Source: Rhina ancylostomus
Lineage: Eukaryota
Assembly (NCBI GenBank): GCA_030265395.1
Contig: JARFYF010000017.1
Span: forward strand, 19,588,768 to 19,652,767
Direction: 5' to 3'
Length of the DNA stretch: 64,000 nt
Below, piece by piece: positions 50,466 through 63,525 of the stretch. The notes under the pieces were generated by a model. The model saw only the letters and a program-made list of their open reading frames with translations. It ran no database searches and was not told the origin of the DNA. How positions within the stretch are numbered: the stretch's first letter is position 1; each line of letters opens with the position of its first letter. A program made the position numbers and the translations under genes.

Positions 50466-53400
50466 CTTTTCCTTTCTCCCTCTTCTCTCCCTCTTCCCTC
50501 CCCTGATAGATCTCACTTGAGTTCAGCAAATAATAAGAGTGGGGCATATCAATCTGGAGTCTGTTGTTTTATGTTCAATTGTCATTGTTCCTTTTTTTGT
50601 GAAACCACTGCTCCTCTGCCTGAGGGTAGACGTTGCCTCTGGCAGCAAATTGGTCAAATTGCATAATGAGCAAGACAGCAAGTGTGAAAGCTGGGGCGAT
50701 GGGTGTCACATCCAGCTGTAGGACTAATGCCAGGGTAACAGATGAATTAATATAAATACTGTTATCTTTTTAAGTCTGTGGTGTGCCTGCTGTGGTTACT
50801 AAAGCATCCTGTGGCCTAACTTATGTGAACCTCAGACAAGATAATAGCTGGGATTTGAAATACAATTTAAACAACAGCTGTCCCTGTTGCATTTGAGGAT
50901 TTTGTTTAATTTTCATTGCTTTATTCTATGGCAATGTTTAAATTATTAATAATGAAGGAGTTCTCTTAAACATAGTAGCTGAGGCAGTCCAATCCATGTG
51001 AGCTGTCCCTTTAAATCAAACCAGAGTTTGAAATAGGGTAGGCATTTTTGAATTCTGAAAATGTTGCTCTCGTCCTGACCTGGTGCTTAAGAAGAGGTAC
51101 GAGTGGGCCTTTGAGGGTTCAATCGGATGCTTGTTAAAAGACCATTTAAAAGAAAACTGTGTACCAGNNNNNNNNNNNNNNNNNNNNNNNNNNNNNNNNN
51201 NNNNNNNNNCACAAGCCAAGGGCTTTAAGGGACTTAGGGCAGGAAAAGATTGCTCCCTATGGACAGAGAAAGTGCAGTCAAACATGAAATCCTGAAATGC
51301 TTCAGCCACTTCACCTTTGCATTTAGTGCTTGTCCAGTGGTTGTTTACTATGTTTAAATGCCTATTCTTTATCTTGAAAGATTCAGAAACAGGTTTGAGT
51401 GAAGATTAATTAATTGCCTTTCCAAATACTGTCCACTGATGCAAAATATACTTGGGAGCAGAGTTAGTGAGTGAGCCCCACTATTTTCATAGGTGGAATA
51501 AAAACAGGCACTTATCAGCAAATCACTCCCACCTGTAGACACTTGGAGAAAATGAAATGAGGTTGAAGTTAAAGAGGTTTTCCAAAATAACCTAGAACAT
51601 TTTGATGAACTTTGCTAAGGTATGCTATAAAAATCTGATTAAGAATAATATTCAGAGTGCAACCTTAGAAATCAGAGGGTTAGTAGGGTTTTCTTTAACA
51701 GGAAACGGTTACTGCAGTCTCTGTGGAGTAAAAGTAGCCACTTCAAATGTGCTTGTGTGAGATCTGTGGGCTGATTTCAGAGAAGACCAGAATAAATAAA
51801 TGCTTTTAAGAACCAGTCAGTTTAATGTTGATACTTGCTGTCTTTTTGAACACTCTCTGGGAATTTACAATCAATATTAATAAGTTTTTCTTCTGTGTTA
51901 TTTCTGAAATAATTGTGAAAACATTTCTGTTTAGTTAGCACAAATATTCACTAATTGGGGATCCTTCCAAGTGGATTCAGGCTTTTATATTGCTACCAGA
52001 TAGTTCGACAATTCACTTTTGTGATTCGTAGGAAAATAATGCAAATGCTAATGGCAGTGGGATTGCTGATGTTTGAAAACCGTGATTACCTTTTGGCAGT
52101 TCCAGCCTGAAGGAGGTGGTTTGCGAGAGACTGTGCTACTGCCAGTAAGCAATGTTATTATTTTGCAAGTGAATAATATTGAGATCCCTCATACCTCCTT
52201 CCATGTAAATAAATATATAATGAACAGTCTGACGATTTGACGAAAAGTATGAATCATGGTATGGTATAGAAGATAATTTGTAAAAATCAATAGTGCAAAT
52301 ATATTTTATCACATTGTTAAAATGTAATCTATATTTTAAATTGAAGTTGTGCCAAAAATGAGCTCCAACAAATGATGAGGCAGCAATTTGAAAAGATTTC
52401 TTTTGTGCTTATTATGGTGAGGTCTGTCAGTGCCAGTGAATGGGATACTTTTAAAATTTTTAGATCCAGTGGCAATATCAACATCAAATATTCCCAGGTT
52501 AAATACAGCATTGTTAACTGTGTTGTAAAACTCAGCCACAAAATAAAGTTTAACTCTATCCAATTATTTCAGAAATAACACACAGATTCTCTTGTGCTCT
52601 ACCAGTGTGGCATTTTATTTTCCATCTCTGATATCACTTCTGCCTTCATAGATGTTTAGCGCTCTAGTGCTAGTGTGTGCCAGATTATCAGGATCTTTGA
52701 GCACCAGAGTCATAGGATTTGGAACCCTTTTGGTGGAAACCTACTTCACTCATACTGAGCATGGGTTGAACCCAAACTGTTGTCACACTGCATTCACAAT
52801 ATGTCAAATAAATTTGTCATTACATCAGGTTCCAACAGAATTTAAAATAGAACATGACTATAGCAGACTCTCAATCTGCCTATGTACAACACACACATCA
52901 TTCTATATGTAACTATTTGAATTGTCTTTATTCATCTTTTCCTGCAAAATAATTTAGAATGGCACAAGTATTACACCACACTATTTCATCTAAGTCCAGA
53001 ACTACTCTTCAAGCAGTTGGCAATACCTCTGTTTTGATCTGTTGGACTTTTGGTTCTTGTTGTCATTGGCAGAATCGGTCATTCTCCGCTCCCTCTGCAA
53101 CAATGAATTCTCTTCATTCCAGTCATATAACACTGATTTCAGCTACTTCAGGCTGCATTCCAGTCATTGTCATAACTTTATTCTTATTGCACGGGATGTT
53201 ATTTGATCTCTTCCTATTCCTTATGGGAGGCTGACCAGTATAAACAATCCACAGCCTCATGGCATGTACACCATTATTTTGTGTAACTTATCAATCTCAA
53301 ACTATTTGCTGTGCAGTAACCCTGCCCATGAATGGAATATAGCAGGTAGGACAAGAAGTTGTAAATAACTATTATGCACAACTCCAAATTCAGGAGTAGA

Positions 53401-54801
53401 ATGGAGACCTGTGAATAGTTTGTCTGAAGTGCAAGGATCTGTGTCGGATTATATTAGGCTTTTACTAACATTTCAGTATATGGAACTTTGTCAGCAAATT
53501 ACGTGCTTTCACACACCTTCTTTGGGCACGATATTAGATTAACAGAAATGTAACAAAACTTTAAACTCTTAACTGCTTGGCATTGCCTTTTTAAGTCATT
53601 AAACACAATTAAGACATCTCCTCAGTGCTGTTTACAGCTTTTTATATACAAAAATCAAACAACCTTTGCCATTTTTGATCAGTAAGGACAGCTGTCAGAC
53701 TGAATTTACTAAGACATAACAGGGAAAAAACATTAGCTGCCAATCACTGCATTGATCTCTGAACTACACTGTTCAGTGAAGCACTCTTAAAAGGAAATGA
53801 GGAAATCTTTGTCATGCCCTAAAGTATATTTAAAAGAAGAGGTATTTAAAGAGACAGTATCCCTTATCTAGAGCCGAAATAAATTATTCTTCAACACTGT
53901 CACCAGTCAGATCCTTCTCTTTTATTTGTCAAATCTTGTCATAATGATTGAATAATTTCAAATAAAATGTGTCAAAAGAATAACCATTTCAGAGAAAGTG
54001 AACAATAATCTTTACCTTTTGACTATGAAGAAAAATTCAGGATGTGTAAAATTGCATTGTAAATTATAGGCCAATAACTTTTGTCCGTAAACCTAACTTA
54101 AACTTGGTCCAAGAGGCAGAAGAAAATAAATAAACAACATCCTGTAGATTTCAATCTGACAATTGATGAGAAACACTATGGTGAGCCTCAGTGTAGACAC
54201 CATGACTTCCTTTTCAGTACAACAACACTAAATAAGGTAGATTTCATTACTTGTGTAATGATTTAATAGCTGGATGAGAGTGAGGGTTGAATTAGCACTT
54301 TTATTAATAAACTAATAACCAGCTAGTTGGAAAAAAAACAAATCTCTATATGTTCCCTCAGTATAACAAAGTTTTAAAGTGTTATTTTTATTTTTCAACT
54401 CATTTTATAATTTCACATGGCAAATGAAGTTATTTCCAAAAATCTAAAACATTAAATGCAAATGTCTTGTTTGGAGGAACAAAATAGCAAAGTGTGTTAT
54501 TTTGCAGCATTTTAACAGCAAGAAAATATTGATTAATGCAATGACAAATTAGATTGTGACATTAAAACGAGCATCAGATTTGAATTGAGATTCAGCTTTG
54601 CCTCTCAAGAAATGGTTCTGCTATATATAAGTCTGGGCTATGGTCCTTTGCATATATAAAGCATCCAGTGCCTGTTTTTAGTGAACTGGCTGATATGTTT
54701 TGATTAAAATGCAGCAATGTATTGTTCAGTTCCAGCAGTAAAGAGGTTAAGGGACACATTTGAAGTAATGATTTCTCTCCGACAGGCCTCTCAGTCTGTC
54801 A

Positions 54802-54859
54802 TGTGTGTGCGCGTGTGTGTGTGCGCGTGTCTGTGTGTGTCTCTGTGTATGTCTGTGTG
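54802..54859. repeat. Imperfect (TG)n microsatellite
   Basis: Seen directly. Confidence 0.9.
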
Positions 54860-57800
54860 AGATAAGGCAAATGCAAATTAGCCCAGAGATTAGTGAAAGA
54901 GTGTTGAGCAGTCCTCCGTAGACATGCAGTATTCATTTTTAATATTGGGACAAGAGGCTTAAAATTAATGATGAATTGCAAATCAGCTGAGCTTTGTCAG
55001 TGCAATTAGATGTGCTAACTAACAGCTCATCAAAAGGAGTGGGCAAACCTGATATTTGACAGGTAATGCAGTTTCACCCAGGGGATGGTATACATAGCTT
55101 TTGGTTTTCAAATATGGAATAACACCAAATCACTGGGATTTCTTTTCTTCCTTCACTTACCCCAGAAAACAGTACCTATTATACTTTATTTTAGTATTTG
55201 AATGTGTGCATTTTCCACAGATTTGAAGGTAATGTTGACCCATCCATGCACTAAATGAATGGTAGGAAGACATATTATATCACATTGCACAAAATGTCTG
55301 CAGATTTTCTGTTGATACCATGCAATAATTGAGGTATAAAATGTGTCACCAAAATCATTATAGTCTTTATCTTTGTCTGAATATGTTTATCTGATTTACC
55401 TACTCTTACCAAATGCTTGACTTCTGTAGTTAAATTATGCACTGTTAATTAAATTACTTTCATTAGCAAATATTTGGTGTTATTTATGTATGAAAATAAA
55501 AGTCAGGCTTCTCTTACAGTGATGGAAGCCATCAATTTATCTGCATCATAAACTGGCCACATTTTACCTACTTAATTGAGAATGTTCATCGTAAACCATT
55601 TTTTGATTATCGAAAGATTTGTATTGTCAGGGCCTTAGTGCGACAGGCACCCTTCTCCTCCCCCAGCCCTCTATGCAATAGTTTCCGTCTGATAGGTTGT
55701 GTGGTTAAGACAGTTTGTATAATTGGGAGAGGCTACTGGTATCCAACAATGAACTGAAGACCTCATTAGCAGAAACATGGCATAATTTATCAAGTGGATC
55801 TAATGATCCCAGAGCACAGGCCGCTCAAAGTTTTATTTAAAGAATGCATTGGCAGCATAAAGTCTTGTCACTTTTGTGCATTGGTCACTGGCTTATCAGT
55901 AATGGCAAAAGAAAGCATGTTTTATTTTATCTTTAAAAGATGTTCAGATTTTAAATAGTACTGTGATGACTGATATTCATTTTAGTTATGTTGACAAACC
56001 ATGCTCTATCCTTCTTCTTCAACCCACCTAACCCCCCCCTCCCCTAACTACTTCCCATAGCAAAGTTGATAATGAAATGCTCAGTGATGTGATTAGTGCA
56101 TTCATACCTACATTAATTCTGCCAAGTGCAGAGATGCATTTGTAAGACTGATGAGATCCTGTGGTCCAGTTGCCTGATAGGTGCTGCAGACTGATGACCC
56201 TGCTCTGCTGTTAATGAGGATGCTGCCTTGGCCGCTTGCCTGTTTAATTGCTGCGCTGCACTGTATTTCAATACAGACTGCAGATTATGTTTTTCATGCA
56301 ATTTATTAATAAGAAAAAAGGCTATTGCTCACAGGAGGAGGTCAGCTGTATGCTCTACTGATCGTTAAAAGGTCATAATAAGCAAGGGATTTCAGCCTTG
56401 GTTGGAGAAAGGTTAGAAAGGGCAAAATGATGTTTACTTACATAAATAAGTCATTTTCCATTTGATGGTATAGCACTGAGAATGGATTTATGAGCTATAT
56501 GGACCATTCCCCATTAATTGTGTCAGTTTATACAGTTTTTATAATTGTTCTCTCTTGGAACTTCCTTTGATATACTCCTGACTTTAATGGAAAATACATT
56601 ATTTTTTGCTCTCTTACTAATTCAGAAACACTGCTTTGATATTAAAGTAAACAGATTAACAACATCATTAAAACAGCAGAAAATAAATTTGTGGGAATTG
56701 TGGTGTTTGCACGCCAGGTTCGCAGAGATTAATATTAAGGGCCAAGTATGACATTGCCTTTTAAGTTGTCTCTTGTTATTGCATGCTTTTACTATGGCAC
56801 CTTATGACAGCATTATGGAAAGGGCTTGCTCTACACTTAATCCTGTTCCTGCTTGATTATGTAGGTTATATATCTTGTACAACAGCTGTGAACGCGGCTC
56901 CTTGGAGTGCTATGACGCTGATTCCTGTAGATGAATTTCGTGCATTGAGCTGCTGATATCAGCTGGAATGTGACAGAGGGAGGGGAATCAGGAGTGGAGC
57001 AATCGAGAGTTGGTGTGCACACTTTGCACCAGTTTGTGGAGACACATTGGAGATAGAGATGCTGTGAAAAATACCAAAGTGGGGATTCAAATGAGAAAAA
57101 TGTATTAAAATCAAATGTACTTTAATAATTCATCAATTATTAGTGGAGAGTTAATTGCATTGTTGGTTCCAACTGAATGCCTACTTTAGATTTAGGATGT
57201 TGTAATGAAATTTTAAATTTGTTCACTAAAGTTTCACCAAAGTTTAAAATTTTAAAGATCATGTTATCTGTTCAGTGAACATAGACGCTTCTGACCTTGA
57301 TGAAAGCTGTCCATAATGATCTAGCTATCTCTCTATTGTAGGCTTCCCCTTTTCCATCATTGGTTGCTTTTGGGCATTAGTTCAATGTGGCTGAGTGATC
57401 ACATTAAAGAATTCCCAAAGTCAGAAAGAAATAGCATTACTTTAATTATTTTGCGGAACCTAACCCAAAGATTGGAAGATACACATGCAATTAAGGTACA
57501 AGATTGAATATCATAAATCAACTTGTCTACAAATTGCATATATTTTTAGTTTAAAATCCATTTTATTTTGAATTGTTTATGTGGGATAACTAAATTACAT
57601 TATTTACTATTAGCTTTTTTAGGATTTCAGAGTCTGCTATGCCTGAATATGTCATTTAAAATCCCTCTGTTACCTCATACAGTAAAGCATAAGAATTTCA
57701 GGGAATCTCTTGGTAAGACGGCTTTTGTAAATACCTTAAGGTCATGCCAGTCCAGCTGATCTCCCTTGATTCTGATAGAGAAAGCTACAAAATAGCATGG

Positions 57801-60800
57801 CCTGATAGCTACTTGGAACTTTCCTTGTTAAACAACATGTCTGTGAAAATCCCAAGGTTGTTATCTGTTTCATGTTAAAATTTCACAGGAAAATCCAGGC
57901 CAAATTCTTCATCAATTAACCATCAGTGTTATATCTCTTAGCTTGGAGATATGCACTTGACTGACATTCAAAAAGCAGTTCAAGTGTCAAGATTCAAAAG
58001 GCTTATTACTTGTGTATTTNNNNNNNNNNNNNNNNNNNNNNNNNNNNNNNNNNNNNNNNNNNNNNNNNNNNNNNNNNNNNNNNNNNNNNNNNNNNNNNNN
58101 NNNNNNNNNNNNNNNNNNNTACTTGTGTATTTGAAGACATGTTAGGAGGGGTAATGTAACTGTTGTTGAAGTAATATTTGATATAGTCAAGACCTTTTCT
58201 GCTTTGATTATACCTGTGTAGCGTGGATTTTTGGCATGGTCAAATGTCCAGTGTTTTGTTACTGCACCAACAATCTGGAAGTCTTGATATTTTGGTATTC
58301 AATTCATTAAGTTTGTAGTATTGGATCGGGAAAATAACAGTGAAAGCTGCCAGATTGCCATAAAGCACCAGAGGATTTCCTGAAGTCCCTTGGGGAGGGA
58401 ATTTCCTCCACTAACCAGTATTGCCTTTGTGTGGTTTATGTCTCCAAGATGTGATGGAAAATTAATGTCTTCGGGGAAACTACAAATAGGAATTATTTAC
58501 TGCCTTACCAGATTCCAGTTGCGTACCAAGAATACATTTTTAGTAATTAGCTTTACTGCTCTGGGGAACTTTCAACTAGCAAAAGGTTCATCAAAGATGC
58601 CAATATTCCATTACCATGTTTACATACTGGATTTTGAAAGTCCCAATCCATAGAGGAACAGAACAACATGTGCCTTCTAGTTAGGTTATAAAGGCAGTTC
58701 TGATGCCTGACTTAATGTGTGATCAAGTGCACTTTTGAATAACCATGCATGCCAGAAATACCCTGTGACAATTCCCATTGTGTGGTGTGTTGTTTGGTAT
58801 GTCCCAAGGCAATAAAAGGGGTGTCACATTTGGCCACAGAATTGGTGGGAGGGAAGGCAGCCCATATTCCAACTTCTGATTGTCATAAATTAAATATTTG
58901 ACTTGCATTTTCAAGGTTAGACTTCATGGTGATACCCATTCCTTGTCAAACGCGATACTGCCATGCACTCTCTCATCTTACACACAACTATGTATTTGAG
59001 GAGCAGGTGGGCATTGGGTACTGGTCAAACGATGGCCTGGAATAACCAGGATTGACCTCTTTGGGGCCAAGTTCCAGCAGTGTTGAATTCTTTCTCTATC
59101 TCTATCCAAGTTTTTTGGGTTAAGGCTTATGAGAGATTCATAGTGATCTTCCACCAGGTATTGTTTCACCACGATGGAGCTTTTCAGAAAGCTATTGATA
59201 GCATCATTAAGGGGACGTGGATGCAGCACTTGAAGAACTGGTGAAGGACTTTAACTAGTGAAAATATCTCAAACATCAGGGCAACTGAATACTGCAGCCA
59301 AGAAGAGGGCTATTGGCAGAGATATGTTGTGAACCTGAAAAAATGGAGAGTGACTGGGTCAAGGCCCACTCCTTTGGGAAGACCATCATCATTGCTTCCT
59401 GGGACCTGTCGCTCTCTTTCCTGTGGTGGCCATGAAAAGCAATGCTAGATAGGATAAACAGAAAGGAAACTTGTTGAGGATACAGATAACTGCTCTCCAC
59501 CATTTACAGCCTCTACCAACACCCACTACAACCACCCCACTCCAATCCCGTCATTTAATGTGACACACAATGGAAAGATGATAAGCAGCATCACTGAGGG
59601 GTAAAATTCCCGGTGCAAGAGATGATGGGCCTCATCACCTGAGTTTTCCCTGATCCACTGTGGGGATTGGACCAGACCTACGACAGGATAATGGAGGACA
59701 ATCTTACATGTTGCCATTAAAAGAAAAATGGAAAGCAAAGACATCCAGAAGTGTAAGCCAATCGAAAACTAGTTGTTAAAGAAAACCTTGTAAATTTGTT
59801 TCATCTGTCTCTAAATTTAGTGTCTGGCAGACAACTGCAAAGAGTCCTGCATTTTCCAGAAATAGTGTGATGAAAGATAGCCAGAACAGGAAAAATAATC
59901 CTTTAGCATTATTGAAGTAATATTTTATTTAAATGTGTTATGAAATTGGGCCTCAAATATAGGCCTGTGTATTATGTTCCAGGTTTACAAAGTTACAAAT
60001 GTGCTACCTCGCTGTTAGAATTAGATAAGGGCTAAATCTGGGCAGGAGAGATTGCGACTGACAAAGGGAATGAGAGAATTGATTTGTTCAATAGCATCAT
60101 TAAGCACTTGGGTCATTAGGAGTATATTTACTTATTTTACAACCTAATAGAGATGTTATATCGGAAACTGATAGCATTCAGAGGTTAGGTCAGAGCGCAT
60201 TAGTTAAGAATGAGTATGCTGGGTAATATGTGCTCTTTCCTCACTTAATAATGGCAGCACAAAAAATAAAATAGCCTTTTATTGTATTTTACGCAAATAA
60301 TAGTCCCGAATTATTGGTTTGGAACCTTGTTGAAGTAATATTCTACACATCAATACTTTTGTTCACCAGAAGAAAGCTGCTGATTTCAGGAGAAAGAAAT
60401 ATTTTTACTTCTTTGACCCAGGATATCGGATTATGCAGTCTTCACATTTTTTTTGCAGTTCGGTAAATGAGGTAATGTTTCCCAGAACTGGAAAGCTGTA
60501 AATAGGAGATGAAAGTGATGGTCTCTCAATTACCAAATAAAATCAGGCAGTTGTGTCCAATTTTACCAAGACTGGAAATGGCCAATGTTCAACAGATAGG
60601 TGGTGGTGTAACTCAACAAAGCAAAGGGCAGCCTTTACCAGGTACCTCTATTACTTCTCCTAAAGGAAAAAAGAAAGAAATGAATGGCTGTACCTTGTTA
60701 CAAATATTTTCTCATAAATTGACAGGTTGGTTGAGTTGCTTTATGGTCATCTAGCACCAGAAGGCAATGAATGGAGACCCATGGGCTTGGTTTCTTGGAA

Positions 60801-61284
60801 CTGNNNNNNNNNNAACAAAACAAACAATGGATAAATACTCTGTTTTAGCAATGACAGTATTTCTATTTTAATCACACAGAACAAGCAGTCTTTATCTATG
60901 GTTTCTTAGCCAAGTGTGGTTTATTCTCCTGTGGACTTGGCAATAAGTGTCAACAGCATTTTTGGCAGTGGAGTCCAAACCTGTCTTTATTTGATGCCCA
61001 TACAAATGCAATGCCCTTAGAGATCAGTTAACTACATCAACCCTGGGATTTCCAAACCTGAATGACTCTGAAGCTCAAAAGCCTAAACCTACCAAATTGT
61101 CATGGGAGTTTAAATGATTTAGTTTAAAATACATTAAAGCTCTAAGACCAGTTTATTGGATGTTTCTTTTATTAACTCCCACCATCGGCAGCTCACTGCG
61201 CCTGCTGTTTGCACCCTCTGCAGTTGTTCTCCATGTTTGCTCAGAAAACACTGCCCAAAGTTGTGACCTTACAATTTAGAAAGA

Positions 61285-61540
61285 TTAGGGCACTAAGTGT
61301 AAGGGAGCACTGCCACCTTTCAAATTTCTCTATAAATCTCACATCATCCTGCTCTGGAAATGTATTGCCGTTCCTTCATTGTTGCTAGAATTGAATCCCT
61401 GAAAACCCTACCCAAGACCAGTGCAGGAGTACTTCACCAGAAGTAGGACATGGGTTCAAGAAGGCTGCTCGCCACTACCTTCTCAAGGAACATTTAGGGA
61501 TTAGGGATGGACTTCTCAGCAATTCTACAAAATTAATAAA
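61285..61540 (+). mobile_element. Old LINE 3' fragment sharing a tail motif with the 6725/12220 SINE family
   Basis: 'ggaaatgtattgccgttccttcattgttgct...ccctgaaaaccctacc...ggttcaagaaggctgctcgccactaccttctcaagg' (W..LP...FKKAA.HYLLK) followed by 'ttagggatgg'. Confidence 0.65.
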
Positions 61541-61815
61541 AGCAGGATTGACAGAAGTTCTCTGCTGTTCTATATCAGAGCATCACAGCAACAACAGTGG
61601 TGTTCACTGGGAAGATAACACAAGATCTGACAACTAAAATGCCTGATGTTAATTTCTTAATTAGTGAGGGGGGTGTAAAATTAAGTATAAAGTGTTAGAA
61701 ACAGTGGTACTGCAGTTTGTTGTGTTGCTTTTTCACCATTTGTAGAATTATGACTGAACAGTAAAGTTGCCAGTGGCCTGGTACTTCCAGATCCTCTTCA
61801 TTCATGAAATAAAAA

Positions 61816-62100
61816 GTATAGCAGTTAGCGTAACGCTTTATAGTGCCAGCGACCCAGGTTCAATTCCGGCCACTGTCTGTAAGGAGTTTGTGCATTCTTC
61901 CCGTGTCTGCATGGGTTTCCTCTGAGTGCTCCAGTTTCCTCCCACATTCCAAAGACGTACAGGTTAGGAAGTTGTGGGCATCCTATGTTGGCACTGGAAG
62001 CATGGTGACACTTACGGGCTGCCCCCCAGAACACAACACACAGTGCAATACATCTTTTTGCGTATCGATGTACATGTGACTAATAAAGATATCTATCTAA
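61816..62100 (+). mobile_element. V-SINE, same subfamily as 1745-2047
   Basis: B box GGTTCAATTCC at 61857, V domain, tail 'gggctgccccccagaacac...cgatgtacatgtgactaataaagatatctatct'. Confidence 0.88.
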
Positions 62101-62349
62101 AAGCTAGGATAGCGCTGCTGATTGTCCAACATTCTCAGCAGGCTTCACCGCCAAACTTCTAAAACCACCGCAGGTCTCCGGAACTTCTCGTATTTCACAG
62201 CTCACACATGATGGTTCAGTTTGATGGAAGGGGGGATCGATTTCCATTGTTTCTGTTGCAATATTGATTCACAATTGATCACAATCACCAAATTTGTCCC
62301 TCATTGATGTGAGCCCACCTTTCAACTCTCACTGTCCTCGGTAAGTTCC

Positions 62350-62512
62350 TCAAGTCATGGAGCATGGAAACAGTCCTTCTGGCCCACCAAGTCCATGCTG
62401 ACCATCAGCACTCATTTTGAAGTAATCCCATTTTATTCTTCCCACATTCCCATCAACTATCTCCTAGGTTCCACCAGTCACCTACATATTAGGGCCAATT
62501 AATCTGCCATCC
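62350..62512 (-). mobile_element. 3' part of a V-SINE with CR1-like tail
   Basis: 'ggaaacagtccttctggcccaccaagtccatgctgaccatca...taatccca...cccacattcccatcaact' is the reverse-complement counterpart of about 63380-63520. Confidence 0.7.
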
Positions 62513-63173
62513 TTCTATTTACATCACATTTAAAGCAAAATTGTTTCAATCCCAAGTGTTTTCTTAAAGTGTTTGAACTNNNNNNNNNNNNNNNNNNNNN
62601 NNNNNNNNNNNNNNNNNNNNNNNNNNNNNNNNNNNNNNNNNNNNNNNNNNNNNNNNNNNNNNNNNNNNNNNNNNNNNNNNNNNNNNNNNNNNNNNNNNNN
62701 NNNNNNNNNNNNNNNNNNGCAGAAATGACTTGATTGCTGAGAAACTCACTGAGTTGAGCTCCTGGAGGTACAAAGGCCTTGTTGGTTGATTTATTTTCAC
62801 CCAAACAATTCTCATTGCTATGAGATGCCCACAATTAATTTTAACAGCACAGTTGAGATCTGATTAGTTGCTGGGCATTCTGTTAGTGGTTCTTGATTTT
62901 TATATGAGGCAGTACCAGAGGCACACATAGCCGAAACAATGACTAGTATGGTTGAATTGTTTATAGCATCTCCTTATTTTGATAGAATGTTTCTAGTTAC
63001 TTGTTCCCTGCGTAAGTCCTCAATGTGAAAATAGACTCAGAACTCAGTCCAGCAGGTAGCCTCCTGACTCCATTTCCATTGTGATATTGCTGGACATCAA
63101 TGTTCTGTTTATTTGTGATGCTACTGCTTCCAACAAGCAACAACTTAACAGATGGAGGATTTAAACATTTCAT

Positions 63174-63525
63174 GGTAGCACTGTGGCACAGCTAGTAGAG
63201 GCGTTGTCTTAAATAGCCCCAGAGACCCGGGTTCAATCCTCACCTCGGGTGCTATCTGTGTGGATTTTGCATGTTCTCCCTGTGACCGCATGGGTTTCCC
63301 TCAAGTTCTCTGGTTTCCTCCCGGTTGGTAGGTTAATTGTCCACTTTAAATTGCCCCTAGTGTGTCAGTAATGGTATAATCTGGGGAGTTGATGGGAACG
63401 TGAGGAGAATTTTTAAAAAAAATGGGATTAATGTAGGATTAGTTTAAATGGTGGTTAATGGTTGGCATAGACTTGCTGGGCCAAAGGGCCTGTTTGCGTG
63501 CCATACCTCCCTATGACTCTATGAT
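63174..63525 (+). mobile_element. V-SINE with CR1-like tail (HE1-like)
   Basis: A box TGGCACAGCTAG, B box GGTTCAATCC, V domain 'tgtggattttgcatgttctccctgtgaccgcatgggtttcc', tail 'gggccaaagggcctgtttgcgtgc...ctatgactctatga'. Confidence 0.88.
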
